A stretch of 64,000 bases of DNA from Akkermansia muciniphila (GCA_945898055.1 CAMDGV010000001.1:18304-82303), one strand, 5' to 3'. Positions 23,903 through 34,277 are shown, counted from the first letter of the stretch. Made by a program: numbers and translations. Notes: a model not told the origin generated them from the sequence alone.

Positions 23903-24601
23903 ATGTCGAAAAATATGCAGGAAATGTTTTTGGTGATCGCTGATATTAGCGGTTACACAAAGTTTATGTTGACGTCCCGCACAGAATTAGTCCATAGCCA
24001 AGGGATTATCTCTGATTTATTACATGCAGTAATAGCGCAATTTGAAATGCCATTAACCATTTCTAAATTTGAAGGCGATGCGATTTTTATCTATGCTGAA
24101 AAAAATGATAAACACGATTGGCAAGCGGTAAAAAATATGTTAGGTAGTAAACTTTTTGCTTTTATTGAATCGTTTGATAGAAAATTAAAAGAATTAGCAG
24201 AAGTAAACATTTGTCCTCGTAAAGCCTGTTTAGGCATGAATAAGTTAAAATTAAAAGTTGTTGCACATTACGGACAAGTTTGAAAATATGAGATTAGTGC
24301 ACATGCCGAACTGTCGGGTGTTGACGTAATTATTGTTCATCGCTTATTAAAAAATAATTTACCAGTTAATAAATATATATTGCTATCAGAATTTGCTCAA
24401 CAGCAGTTAGCAATTGACCGCGATTGGCAAAAAACCGTTGCAGCTTATCCCGACGATGTGGGCAATATTCCGATTTATTGGTTAGCTTTAGAAACGCCTG
24501 AGATTTCAGTTAAAGTCAATTGGCTGAATATCGGCGATATGGCACGGAAAATAAAATATGATTTAATGAAAATAGGTATTTTGTTTAAGAACAAAAATTA
24601 A
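23903..24601 (+). pseudogene. DUF2652-like (nucleotide-cyclase-like) gene with one in-frame TGA
   Basis: From ATG 23903 the frame reads MSKNMQEMFLVIADISGYTKFM...KLKVVAHYGQV*KYEISAHAELSGVDVIIVHRLLKNN... in a single frame to 24601. The TGA is at 24281-24283. The segment is strongly AT-rich. Confidence 0.6.
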
Positions 24602-25050
24602 AATATTTCAGATTTAGCAAAACAGGAAGTGAGGGGAGCGTGAAGGGGTCGGCTCTAATAATCGACAAGGGTTCAGGGGATGTTCATCGCGACGGGTTGG
24701 CCGTCGATGATGGCGACGGAGCGGAGGCGGCCTGCAACGCTGGGGCGATGGAGGTAATGGTCATCCTTGAGGCGGCGATCAAACGCCGCGCTCACAGCGC
24801 ACCTTCCACCCTTCCCATCCATGGTCTTCCCAAGGAATTTCTCGATTACATCGACACTTCAATTTTTCGAGAGTTTGAACAACCATACTTTCTCACCCAT
24901 TTTTAATTATCATTGCGCGCGGTCCTCTTGGTTCTCAGGAGGATAGCCCCCTAGAAGGTCTCATTTTGAAAACACCGGTGGACAGGCCGTCGATAGGACC
25001 AAGATTATTCTAACCTTTGGCTGGAAACCGATCGATTACGGTTCCACGTT

Positions 25051-25830
25051 ATGCCTGTGGAAATGCACGAACGCCCGCCCTCTGAATCCGTCTCCGAAAA
25101 TAGAGTCCCGCCGCGACACTCCTTTGATACATCAGCGTCACCCGCCGGAGGTCGTTTGAAATCTTGGTTCATTACATTTGGTTCAATGGGTCTCAGCATT
25201 GCCTACTACGCGATGAATTGGGATTGGAAGTTTGCGACTGGTTTTGTTTTTCTCATTCTTATCCATGAATTAGGCCACCTCGTGGCCGCTCAGCGTTTCG
25301 GTCTGAGAACGGGGCCTCCTGTTTTCATACCGATGATGGGTGCCTTTATCTCCCTTAAAGACCGAGCTCCGAATGCGTGGGTTGAAGCCATTATCGGGAT
25401 TGGCGGCCCGCTCTTTGGCACATTTGCTGCCGGAGTTTGCTTTATCTTGCGGAGCGATGCCTCCGATCCTTTCTGGGGCCAGTTGGCATTTTATGGATTT
25501 CTACTCAACCTTTTCAATCTTGCGCCGGTCGGTTTTCTTGATGGTGGACGGATCGTAACGGCGATCTCACCTTGGTTGTGGATTCCTGGTTATCTACTAA
25601 TGCTCCTCTATACTCTCTTTTCTTGGCAATCCTCAGACAGATTTCCGAGCATTCCTTTTTTCGTTCTACTGATGGGGATTCCTCGCCTCTTTTCCCTCTT
25701 TAAACATCGATCGCCCGCTGATCAACGCTACTACGATTTGGAACCTAGCCAACGACTTTCAATGAGCCTCGCCTATTTTGGACTTATCGTTGTACTCCTT
25801 CTCGGTTTACTCGCCTCAAAAACTCCCTAG
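25051..25830 (+). CDS. M50-family (site-2-protease-like) membrane metalloprotease
   Basis: LILIHELGHLVAAQRFG (HExxH inside a TM helix) and NLFNLAPVGFLDGGRI. The start is uncertain, and an internal Met (MGLSIAYY) is possible. Confidence 0.75.
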   Translation: MPVEMHERPPSESVSENRVPPRHSFDTSASPAGGRLKSWFITFGSMGLSIAYYAMNWDWKFATGFVFLILIHELGHLVAAQRFGLRTGPPVFIPMMGAFISLKDRAPNAWVEAIIGIGGPLFGTFAAGVCFILRSDASDPFWGQLAFYGFLLNLFNLAPVGFLDGGRIVTAISPWLWIPGYLLMLLYTLFSWQSSDRFPSIPFFVLLMGIPRLFSLFKHRSPADQRYYDLEPSQRLSMSLAYFGLIVVLLLGLLASKTP

Positions 25831-26363
25831 TGAACGACCGCAACCCCAGCACCCCAAAGACAGCCTCACCCCTGCAATCTCTACCACACACACGATCCTG
25901 CTTTGTCTGCGGCGAATCGAATCCCGTCGGGCTCAAAATTGACTTACAATCTAACGGAACCGAGGTGGAAACCACGGTCTGCTTCGGTCTTGAACATTCT
26001 GGATTTAGCGGGGTTGTCCATGGTGGCCTAATCACCACAGTCCTCGATGAAGCCATGGCTTGGGCGATCGGCGTCAGAACTCGCTCCTTCGCTTTTGCAG
26101 CGGAACTGAACATCCGCTTCCTTCGCCCTGTAGCACCTGGGCAGCAACTCACTCTTCGGGCTAAGTTGGTCGAAAACCGTCGCGGCCGCCTTTTCCTGAC
26201 CCACGCCCTTCTGACCACTGCCGACGGCACGATCGCCGCTGAAGGGACAGGGAAATTCCTTCCGATCCCAGCGGATCGTTATCCAACTCTTTTGGCCGAC
26301 TTCATCAGTGATCCGTCTCCTTGGATTGGGCCGCGCCCCGCGGAAGGCTCTAATCCGAGCTGA
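25830..26363 (+). CDS. PaaI-family hot-dog thioesterase
   Basis: GTG start overlapping the upstream stop by 1 nt. CFVCGESNPVGLKIDL and HGGLITTVLDEAM are typical of PaaI/4HBT-type thioesterases. Confidence 0.7.
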   Translation: MNDRNPSTPKTASPLQSLPHTRSCFVCGESNPVGLKIDLQSNGTEVETTVCFGLEHSGFSGVVHGGLITTVLDEAMAWAIGVRTRSFAFAAELNIRFLRPVAPGQQLTLRAKLVENRRGRLFLTHALLTTADGTIAAEGTGKFLPIPADRYPTLLADFISDPSPWIGPRPAEGSNPS

Positions 26364-26368
26364 AGGAG

Positions 26369-27511
26369 TCACCGCCGAATTCTTTTCACACTGTCGGCGA
26401 GGATCTCCGCCACCTGTCGTACCTGATCGAAGGTGTTTTCGCGCCCAAGAGAAAATCGAATCAGCGCATTGGCTTCGGAATCGGGTACACCCATCGCCTT
26501 TAGAACATGACTTGGCTCGACGGATCCAGCGGTACAGGCCGAACCGCTAGAAGCACAAACGCCTTCCAAATCTAGATTCGCTAAGAGGGCGATGCTATCT
26601 GTTCCTTGAACGGTGAAGGAAAGGGTATTGGACAACCTTTTGGACGAGTCGCCGCGAATCACAACTCCAGAAATTTGAACTAACCGCTCAGCTAACCAAG
26701 TCGTCCATTCCCGAAGAGAGGTTTCTGGGAATGCCGGTTGAACGACGCACCTTTCAAACGCTTCAACCAACCCAACGATTGCCGCGATATTTTCGGTTCC
26801 ACCACGGCGCTCGTTCTCCTGCGCTCCACCGTGCTGAATCGGATGAGGCAGAAGGGGTGAACGGATAAAAAGAGCCCCGCCTCCCCTAGGTCCGTGAAAT
26901 TTATGAGCACATACCGAAACTAAATCCGCTTCGAACTGATGAATGTCGCGAAATGAGAGTTTGCCGAAGGCTTGAACCGCGTCGCAATGAAAGAGCACCC
27001 CACGTTTTCGGCAGAGGGATCCGATTTCGGCTACAGGTTGCAGGGTTCCCACTTCATTGTTAGCGGCCATCACCGAGACGAGAACCGTGTCTGAGCGTAA
27101 GGAAGACAGCACTTGGCCGGCATCCAGTCGCCCATCAGAATCTACCGGTAAGAAGGTAACATCAAATCCTTCATGCTGTTGGAGATATTGAAATGTATGC
27201 AGCACCGCGTGGTGTTCAATCGACGAAGTGACTAGATGACGCCCCTTTGGCTTGAGCAATCGGGCCGTTCCTAAAATGGCAAGATTATTGGACTCGGTAC
27301 CGCCACCGGTAAAAACAACTTCACTCGGCCGACACGCCCAAGCAGAAGCCATCCGGTACCGCGCTTCGTCTAGTGCCGCCCGGGCATGACGACCGACCGA
27401 ATGAATACTCGATGGATTGCCCCAAAATCCTTGCAGATAAGGATCCATCGCCTGTCGAACGTCGAGATCCAGAGGGGTGGTCGCATTGTAATCAAAATAG
27501 ATCGGAGTCAT
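26369..27511 (-). CDS. cysteine desulfurase (NifS/IscS-type, class V aminotransferase)
   Basis: IYFDYNATTP N-terminus, SVCAHKFHGPRG (PLP-lysine region) and SSGSACTAG (active-site Cys loop). I set the start at Met20 of the tracked ORF. Confidence 0.85.
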   Translation of the reverse strand: MTPIYFDYNATTPLDLDVRQAMDPYLQGFWGNPSSIHSVGRHARAALDEARYRMASAWACRPSEVVFTGGGTESNNLAILGTARLLKPKGRHLVTSSIEHHAVLHTFQYLQQHEGFDVTFLPVDSDGRLDAGQVLSSLRSDTVLVSVMAANNEVGTLQPVAEIGSLCRKRGVLFHCDAVQAFGKLSFRDIHQFEADLVSVCAHKFHGPRGGGALFIRSPLLPHPIQHGGAQENERRGGTENIAAIVGLVEAFERCVVQPAFPETSLREWTTWLAERLVQISGVVIRGDSSKRLSNTLSFTVQGTDSIALLANLDLEGVCASSGSACTAGSVEPSHVLKAMGVPDSEANALIRFSLGRENTFDQVRQVAEILADSVKRIRR

Positions 27512-27623
27512 TGGGCAGCGAGGTTCGCTATGGGTTGGAGAGTCCACCGATTGATGCACTGAGTGCAAGGTGTCAGGAATCCTCAGCCTTGCATCCGCAT
27601 TCAGGAAAGTTTCGACTCAAGGA

Positions 27624-28385
27624 ATGACAAAACCGTGGATCCTCGTGCTTTTAGCCTCCGTGCTAATTATGGTGATCGGAGCAGTGCTGCTCGGGTCGAA
27701 TCTCGGAAAAGTGATCAAGACCGGGATTGAAAACTTCGGACCTAAGATGACCCAGACGACCGTCACCGTGAACTCTGTCGATCTATCACCCACCTCCGGA
27801 AGTGGATCTATTCGTGGATTGGTGATCGGCAACCCCGCCCCCTATCAGGAACCATTCGCGCTCCGTTTGAGCGAAGTGACCCTTGCCATCGATCCCTCCT
27901 CTATACTCAGCGACAAAATCGTGATTAAGTCGCTAAAGATTATCAACCCAGAGATCACCCTTGAAGGCGGCCTTTCTGACAACAACTTAAAGAAACTTTT
28001 AGCCAATGTGGATGCCTTCAGTGATCTCGCTGATCCCAAGGCAGGCGCTTCAGAAAAAGGAGATTCCACGACGCAGAAAAAACTTCAGGTTGATGAATTC
28101 CTGCTCAGTGGCGCTAAGGTAGCAGTTAAACTAAATATTCTAGGGCTGGGCGAGGTTCGTCCAACGCTCACACTTCCTGATATTCGCCTCGCTCAACTGG
28201 GTACGGGCCCCGAAGGCATTACCCCCGTTTCACTCACTCGACAGATCATTGGTGAAATAGTCGCAAAGACCACCAGCGCCATCAGCGCTCAGGTTGGAGC
28301 CATGGGAAAAGGGGGCCTTGACAAGGCGGCCAAGGCTCTAAAGGGAGCCACTGAGGGATTAAAGGATATCTTCAAGAAAAAGTGA
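27624..28385 (+). CDS. membrane-anchored protein, AsmA/DUF748-like (weak)
   Basis: Start taken at MTKPW. It has one N-terminal TM helix (ILVLLASVLIMVIGAVLL) followed by a beta-rich region (VTVNSVDLSPTSGSGSIRGLVIGNP...IKSLKIINPEITLEG). Confidence 0.4.
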   Translation: MTKPWILVLLASVLIMVIGAVLLGSNLGKVIKTGIENFGPKMTQTTVTVNSVDLSPTSGSGSIRGLVIGNPAPYQEPFALRLSEVTLAIDPSSILSDKIVIKSLKIINPEITLEGGLSDNNLKKLLANVDAFSDLADPKAGASEKGDSTTQKKLQVDEFLLSGAKVAVKLNILGLGEVRPTLTLPDIRLAQLGTGPEGITPVSLTRQIIGEIVAKTTSAISAQVGAMGKGGLDKAAKALKGATEGLKDIFKKK

Positions 28386-29740
28386 GACTGAAGCTACCCA
28401 GTCCTAAAGATTTAAAAAGAGGGTTGAACGCTTTATTCTGGGCGTGGGCTCTTTCGGTTGTTGCCTCACCACCCCTTGCCGAACCTCGCTGGTCACCCGA
28501 CCAACGGCTTCAGCGCGAACGACTCGCTGCAGTCGATCAATCGGTGAAGGCACTGGCTAAGCGGCGACGTGAAATCGAGCGGACCGATACTCTGCGGGAT
28601 TTCCGATGCCATTTTCACACCCACGCGGGTGATTCGACTCATACCGGCGGGACGCCTCCAGAGATTCTTGCCGCGGCTAAAACGCTCAAAGTTGACGCTC
28701 TTTTTCTTTCTGACCATTTTCGTCCACCGCGTGATTTTATGGACAGTTGGAGGGGAATGTACGAGGGCGTTCTTTTCATTCCAGGATCGGAGTGTCGTGG
28801 GTTCCTTATTAGTCCTGAATCATCGGTGCTTGGTGCAATGGCGGACCCCGTACCGTCCTTTGTCCAGAAGGTCAATCAGGGCAATGGTCTCCTCTTTTTG
28901 TCCCACATCGAAGAGCGACCAGATCATTCTATGGAAGGATTAACCGGCTTAGAAATCTACAATCGGCACTACGATGCCAAGCGAGATTTCACCGGTATAT
29001 TAAAGCTGATTCTGCGCCTGACCGACCCAGCTCAACTGACCGAATTAGCCGATCTTCTCCGTTTGTATCCCGACGCCTGTTTGGCCGGACAATGTTTATA
29101 CCCGGAAGCCTATCTAGAGAAATGGGACACAGCGACAGCCCTCGGCACCTTCACTGGCGTAGCGGCAAACGATTGCCATCACAACCAAGTTTTTATCCTG
29201 AAAAAAGTCGACGACGACACCGCACTTCTCGGCACAATCGTGGATAAAGACGAAAATATGCGATCGATTAAAGCCCTCTTGCGACCCTCGATTCGCGGGC
29301 TACTGAAGGGACACAAGCCGGGGGATATCGTGGTCCGACTTGATTTTGATCCGTACGAACATTCCCTCAAAAACGTCGCGACGCATATTTTAGCGACGGC
29401 ACAGACCGAGGTGGCGTTACGAACGGCAGTGAAAGCGGGGCGAACCTATGTCAGCCACGACTGGATGGCGGACGGCACTGGCTTTGACTTCACTGGGACG
29501 GAGCTCAAGATGGGAGATGAACAGCCGTGGAGGGTTGGTCAAACCCTACAAATTCGCACTCCGGTACCAGCCAAGATACGATTATTGAGAAACGGGCGAG
29601 AAGTCGCCTTAGGAGACGGCTATGAATTTCAATATGACGTTCGGGAACCGGGTGTCTACCGGGCCGAACTCTGGCTGGATATCGGTGGCGAAGTGCGACC
29701 TTGGATTTATTCTAACCCCATCTATCTTCGTCGACCCTGA
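28382..29740 (+). CDS. PHP/CehA-like metal-dependent phosphoesterase (putative)
   Basis: GTG start overlapping the upstream stop (GTGA). CHFHTHAGDSTHTGG and LFLSDHF histidine clusters. Signal-like N-terminus. Confidence 0.4.
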   Translation: MRLKLPSPKDLKRGLNALFWAWALSVVASPPLAEPRWSPDQRLQRERLAAVDQSVKALAKRRREIERTDTLRDFRCHFHTHAGDSTHTGGTPPEILAAAKTLKVDALFLSDHFRPPRDFMDSWRGMYEGVLFIPGSECRGFLISPESSVLGAMADPVPSFVQKVNQGNGLLFLSHIEERPDHSMEGLTGLEIYNRHYDAKRDFTGILKLILRLTDPAQLTELADLLRLYPDACLAGQCLYPEAYLEKWDTATALGTFTGVAANDCHHNQVFILKKVDDDTALLGTIVDKDENMRSIKALLRPSIRGLLKGHKPGDIVVRLDFDPYEHSLKNVATHILATAQTEVALRTAVKAGRTYVSHDWMADGTGFDFTGTELKMGDEQPWRVGQTLQIRTPVPAKIRLLRNGREVALGDGYEFQYDVREPGVYRAELWLDIGGEVRPWIYSNPIYLRRP

Positions 29741-29773
29741 ACCGAGGCTCAATGATTGCCTAACTATACAGTT

Positions 29774-30904
29774 TTACTTCACAAACAAACTAGCAAAACG
29801 AGTCGGAACTTGGCTAGGGCACAGGACTGGAGTGAAGTCGCCTGAGGGCATTGGAATCCGCCCGGCTGGCAGGTCATTCAAGCGAATTTCGAGAAACCGA
29901 TCGATCCGCCGGAGGTGCACGCGATTCCAAGCGGCGGGTTTCGCCGCAGGCAAGGCGGGAAGGACGATACGAGAGGAAACACCAGCGACAGCTAGTTCCA
30001 AAGGTGGAACCAGCTGAGAGGGTTGAGCCTCCCAACGCCAATCAAAAAACAAGTCCTTTGCTCCGCCTGAAGGCACGCCGGTAAGTACCGCTGAGGGAGC
30101 CCCATTTGTACCGCAAAAGAGAGTCCAATCCCGAGCCTGCCAAAGCTCAGCAGGACCTTTGGGAAGAGTCCAACCGTTAAAACTACGGCCATCATAGAGG
30201 GAACGCCAGGCTTCAGCCTTCGGAGCGCTCTCTGAGCCAGTCGCACCACTGGAAGGAAACTCGCGCACTTTCAAATTACGCCAGTCGACCACCCCTCCTT
30301 CTGATTCGAGAGCAATGAACCCCTTGCGCCAAGAGCAGTTTTCACCACCGGAAACTTCGGCTCCATTCACCGACAGACGGATCACCCCATTGGTGGCCAC
30401 GATGCGATAGTGATTCCATTCGGGGGTTCCCTTGCTGCGAGATTCACGAGGAAAGCTGCGATCCCCTTTATTTGGCTTAAACGGCTTCATTCGAGAGCCA
30501 TGGATGGGGAAGATATCACCGTGAGTGGTGAACCAGTCTGATTTCCCATATCCATGATCAAGAACTTGCACTTCGATCGCGCGGAGGAAAGGTTGCCCCA
30601 CGGCCGGAAGAGAGCCTGCCCAGATAAAAACCCCAGCATTTCCGCCCGACTTAAGATGTCGCCATTCCAGTTCAAGTTCGAAATTTTCAAACTGACGATC
30701 TGTCCGCAGGGCACCGGTGGGAATGCCATCGCAATGGATCATTCCATCACGAACCTGAAAGGTTTCGGGCGCACAGTTTACATTGACCCAACCATCCAGA
30801 TTCCGACCATTAAAGAGAGGACTGAACGGTGGCGGTTCTGCTGCGTGCAGTAATGAAAAAGAAACGACGACCAATGAAGCAATGATTTTGCGGAGAGGAG
30901 TCAT
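29774..30904 (-). CDS. secreted protein with two DUF1080 (3-keto-disaccharide-hydrolase-like) domains
   Basis: LFNGRNLDGW...FQVRDGMIHCDG...FENFELELEWR...GGNAGVFIW, plus a second copy LYDGRSFNGW.... The signal peptide begins at Met32 (ATG, complement of 30902-30904). Confidence 0.75.
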   Translation of the reverse strand: MTPLRKIIASLVVVSFSLLHAAEPPPFSPLFNGRNLDGWVNVNCAPETFQVRDGMIHCDGIPTGALRTDRQFENFELELEWRHLKSGGNAGVFIWAGSLPAVGQPFLRAIEVQVLDHGYGKSDWFTTHGDIFPIHGSRMKPFKPNKGDRSFPRESRSKGTPEWNHYRIVATNGVIRLSVNGAEVSGGENCSWRKGFIALESEGGVVDWRNLKVREFPSSGATGSESAPKAEAWRSLYDGRSFNGWTLPKGPAELWQARDWTLFCGTNGAPSAVLTGVPSGGAKDLFFDWRWEAQPSQLVPPLELAVAGVSSRIVLPALPAAKPAAWNRVHLRRIDRFLEIRLNDLPAGRIPMPSGDFTPVLCPSQVPTRFASLFVK

Positions 30905-30978
30905 TTTTGAAACATCTCGCGAATTGGCCGAGTTGGAAAGGGATGATTCCGACCCACCCTGAAAAATAGGGCCCAGTG

Positions 30979-31623
30979 TTATTCGCCACGGAACCAAATA
31001 TCATTTGAACCCAGTCTAGGAAACGGAGGACCGGCTTCGGAGAGAGGCTCCGATTCCGAGGCCTTTGGCCAAGTGGCTTCCATGGCCTTAAGAGCGGTGA
31101 GATCCCGTGCAACCACAAAAAAGCCACCACCCCGTTCGGGAGTCGCCTGCTTCCAAGTGGTAATTTTGATCACATGATTAAAACCGCGGTCATCGTACAA
31201 ATTCAGTTCAGGACTGGCATCCCCCTCTTTTGCTCCATCCTCAGAGAACAAACGAAGAAGTTTTGGATGATCACGAACCAAAACGCGACTGGTTAGGAGG
31301 CCCCCCGAGATCGACCCGGTCTTCTCACCAAAAATTCGTTCTGCCGCTTTATTTAATTCAAGAATACGGCCCTCACGAGTCAGGATAAACACCAAATCCG
31401 AAACTGAATCTAGGAGTTCACGAAGACGGGTTCGGTTGGATGTTTCGGTGAGAGCAAACTGCCGTAACCGATTTCGTTGGGCTAGATTTTGCCGAAAAAG
31501 ATGCAAGGACCAACAGAGACAAAGTAATCCAAACAAAGGATAAAATCCTCCGAGCAAAGTCGCCACATCCTGCCATTCAATGAAGGCTATTTTGATGCTA
31601 GAAAGAGGGGCCGATAAAGTCAT
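30979..31623 (-). CDS. membrane-anchored PAS-domain protein without a recognisable output domain
   Basis: N-terminal TM segment, then LRELLDSVSDLVFILTREGRILELNKAAERIFG (PAS core). Confidence 0.55.
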   Translation of the reverse strand: MTLSAPLSSIKIAFIEWQDVATLLGGFYPLFGLLCLCWSLHLFRQNLAQRNRLRQFALTETSNRTRLRELLDSVSDLVFILTREGRILELNKAAERIFGEKTGSISGGLLTSRVLVRDHPKLLRLFSEDGAKEGDASPELNLYDDRGFNHVIKITTWKQATPERGGGFFVVARDLTALKAMEATWPKASESEPLSEAGPPFPRLGSNDIWFRGE

Positions 31624-31713
31624 GACGAGAATCAGAACTGGCAGTACGAGGGTCGACTGCTAAGTCTGAGAGGACATCGGCCAATCCTTGAACAGTCTTG
31701 AGTTGAATATTCG

Positions 31714-31759
31714 CCAAAAAGCAAAACCGGTTGGACAGAGAATCCCCATTCCGACCGGC
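31714..31759 (-). terminator. rho-independent terminator after the DHS-like gene
   Basis: On the minus strand, GCCGGTCGG...CCAACCGG forms a stem with 7 of 8 pairs, followed by TTTTGCTTTTTGG, just downstream of the stop at 31778. Confidence 0.55.
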
Positions 31760-31777
31760 AGTGTCACCCCGTCGAGC

Positions 31778-32959
31778 CTACCCCTTTTTTCCTAGCCCGA
31801 TACCACTCGCTCGTTTGGCGATCTTGCGACTGGTCATGACCTTAGAAACTGTCCCGGTCTTTAAGTATTGCGATCGGACCGTTTCCAAAATCGCATCCCG
31901 GTGGTCATAGAGGCGTTTCAAGCGACGAGGTTTCACCCGAGCTGTCACGTAGGCGGTTAGCAAGGGCAAGGCAATCGTTGTGTCGGTATAGCAGACCACA
32001 GAGTCTGGTAATTTATCGGGATCCACTTTCCCCCAACTCACCGCCTCGGCTGGGGTTGCTCCGCTCAACCCACCGGTGTCAGGACGAGCATCGGTACATT
32101 GAAGAAAATAATCGTGTCCTTTTTCTTTAATACCCATCACCTCCTGAATCTGAGGTTCGGTCTGCAACATAAAGTTCTTAGGACTACCGCCGCCAAGAAT
32201 GAAAACACTGCTGGTGTGCCCAGAACTTTTTGCATGATAGACAATCCCTGCCGTCTGGTTCACATCCCGATTCACATCGGGAAGCAATTTCGAACCTCGC
32301 ATCGCCATCGCTGCCACATTCATACCGATCGAACTGTCGCCTGGGCTACTGGTGAAAATCGGAATTCCACACTCAAAAGCGGTCGCCAGAACAGAACTGT
32401 CTTGGACACCCAACTTCCGCTGACGGGCATGGACGTATTTGCCGAGTAAATAATGGAACTCATCCGTTCCCATCGTTCGCTGAAATTCCGATCCTTGAAT
32501 GACCTCGCGGACGAAGGCATCGGTATCCAATAAGACATTGTAGTCGAAGAGAACGTCGTAAATTCGGATGACCCCTTCCTCATGCAGTTCGACGTCGTCA
32601 AGAAATGGCGTCCCACTATGGAGATGCATATCCAGACCGAAATGAAGGTCATGGTATAGATTAGCTCCTGTAGAAATAATCCAGTCCACATAGCCCCCCT
32701 TCATTAAAGGAATCAAACAACTCTTACCTAAACCTGCGGGGGTCAAAGCACCCGTTAAGGACAGTCCAATAAAGCCATCATCAGGTAACATTTTTTTGGC
32801 GAGCAACTGGGCTGCTTCGCGCAATCGCCCCCCATTATAGGCCAGCATAGACTGGTCAATGAGGTCCGCCGCCGAAATATCCTTACCGATGGCAAAAGGA
32901 TTGAGGCGGGGATAGGCGGCGAACTTCTTAGAAATCTTGTGGGCAGACGGTTTGCTCAT
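31778..32959 (-). CDS. deoxyhypusine-synthase-like protein (COG1899-type; possibly homospermidine-synthase-like)
   Basis: [15 protein letters not shown]...[14 protein letters not shown]...[20 protein letters not shown] fits bacterial DHS-like proteins. The start is at MSKPSAHK (complement of 32957-32959). Confidence 0.7.
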   Translation of the reverse strand: MSKPSAHKISKKFAAYPRLNPFAIGKDISAADLIDQSMLAYNGGRLREAAQLLAKKMLPDDGFIGLSLTGALTPAGLGKSCLIPLMKGGYVDWIISTGANLYHDLHFGLDMHLHSGTPFLDDVELHEEGVIRIYDVLFDYNVLLDTDAFVREVIQGSEFQRTMGTDEFHYLLGKYVHARQRKLGVQDSSVLATAFECGIPIFTSSPGDSSIGMNVAAMAMRGSKLLPDVNRDVNQTAGIVYHAKSSGHTSSVFILGGGSPKNFMLQTEPQIQEVMGIKEKGHDYFLQCTDARPDTGGLSGATPAEAVSWGKVDPDKLPDSVVCYTDTTIALPLLTAYVTARVKPRRLKRLYDHRDAILETVRSQYLKTGTVSKVMTSRKIAKRASGIGLGKKG

Positions 32960-33025
32960 AATGACTAGCGTAGTGTGGTGGGTCGGCCAAAAGGAAAAAG
33001 CGAAAAGACGCGCCAACGACAGGAT

Positions 33026-34132
33026 TCATACCGCAACGGGCGATGCTCCAAACCGCCCGCACTGTGCCTCATGTCGCAAGGCATGATCCAAAAGAACCAA
33101 TGCAGTCATGGCTTCCACCATCGGAACGGCTCGAGGTAACACACAGGGATCGTGACGTCCACGCCCTCGAAGGGTGGTGTTCTGCAGTTGGATATCCACC
33201 GTATCTTGCTCATGCATGACCGTAGCGACTGGTTTGAAAGCGACTCGAAAATGGAGGGTCGCTCCGTTGGAAATACCGCCTTGAATTCCGCCTGAACGAT
33301 TGGTGGTGGTGATGACTTTACCCTCCACCGCTCGAAAGGCATCATTGTGTTGGAGTCCAGTTAAGAGAATTCCCTCAAAGCCAGATCCGATCTCAAATCC
33401 CTTGCTGGCTGGAAGCGACATCATTCCCTTTGCTAAGTCGGCTTCGAGACGATCAAAAACAGGGTCTCCCCATCCGGTCGGCACCCCACGGGCCACGCCC
33501 AGAACAATGCCTCCCACGCTATCCCCCTCACGACGACGTTGTTCTATTAACTCAATCATGGATGGAGTCGCCGCCGCATCCGGGCAGCGTAAAATGTTCG
33601 ACTCAACTTGATCAAAGCTAAAGGTCTCCGGATCGACACTTGCCTTCAAATGTTGCACCTGAGTCACACAGGCTAAAACCTCGACGCCCCAACGCGCCCG
33701 AAGAATTTTCTTCGCCAAGGCCCCCGCGGCAACCCGTCCTACGGTCTCTCGAGCGCTGGTTCGCCCTCCACCCGGCCAAGCACGATGTCCGTACTTTGCC
33801 TGATAGGTAAAATCAGCGTGACTCGGTCGAAACTTCTCGGACATCTCATTGTAGGCCTCCGACCTAAAATCCTCATTCTTTACCCACATCGAAATTGGAG
33901 TGCCCAAGGTCAATCCTTCAAAGGTGCCCGATAATATCTGGACGGTATCCGACTCCTTGCGCGGAGTGGTAATCGAGGATTGTCCGGGTCGACGTCGATC
34001 GAGGTCGGGCTGAATATCCGCCTCGGTCAAAGGAAGACGCGGCGGACAACCGTCCACCACTACCCCCACTCCACCCCCATGAGACTCACCCCAGGTTGTG
34101 ATACGAAAAAGATTCCCAAACGTGTTGCCCAT
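33026..34132 (-). CDS. aroC: chorismate synthase
   Basis: [35 protein letters not shown]... and a full-length AroC pattern. Confidence 0.9.
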   Translation of the reverse strand: MGNTFGNLFRITTWGESHGGGVGVVVDGCPPRLPLTEADIQPDLDRRRPGQSSITTPRKESDTVQILSGTFEGLTLGTPISMWVKNEDFRSEAYNEMSEKFRPSHADFTYQAKYGHRAWPGGGRTSARETVGRVAAGALAKKILRARWGVEVLACVTQVQHLKASVDPETFSFDQVESNILRCPDAAATPSMIELIEQRRREGDSVGGIVLGVARGVPTGWGDPVFDRLEADLAKGMMSLPASKGFEIGSGFEGILLTGLQHNDAFRAVEGKVITTTNRSGGIQGGISNGATLHFRVAFKPVATVMHEQDTVDIQLQNTTLRGRGRHDPCVLPRAVPMVEAMTALVLLDHALRHEAQCGRFGASPVAV

Positions 34133-34277
34133 GAGCGGTGGGAAGGATGGGTCCGCTGGGAGCGGAGCGAAAGCTGAAATCTAGACTGAAATCAACCCTT
34201 TGACCCTTCTAAGAATGATTGATGTCTAAATGAGCTCGGCGATTCGGCGGTCCTGATCCTTGATCTAATAAATTGAT

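Noticed and set aside
24281-24283. The in-frame TGA in DUF2652 as selenocysteine, programmed readthrough, or evidence of a donor with a reassigned TGA codon. A second TGA splits a weak minus-strand frame at about 24.86 kb.
   Set aside because: It is a single codon at a variable alignment position. I saw no SECIS-like hairpin downstream, and the second case lies in sequence that I cannot show to be coding. A nonsense mutation is the economical reading.
24640-24906. An 88-aa plus-strand ORF, and a minus-strand frame (...FLGKTMDGKGGRCAVSAAFDRRLKDDHYLHRPSVAGRLRSVAIIDGQPVAMNIP*), at the right island edge.
   Set aside because: Neither translation matches a family I recognise. Composition changes mid-ORF, and the minus frame is interrupted by a stop. 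It is probably debris, so I left it unannotated.
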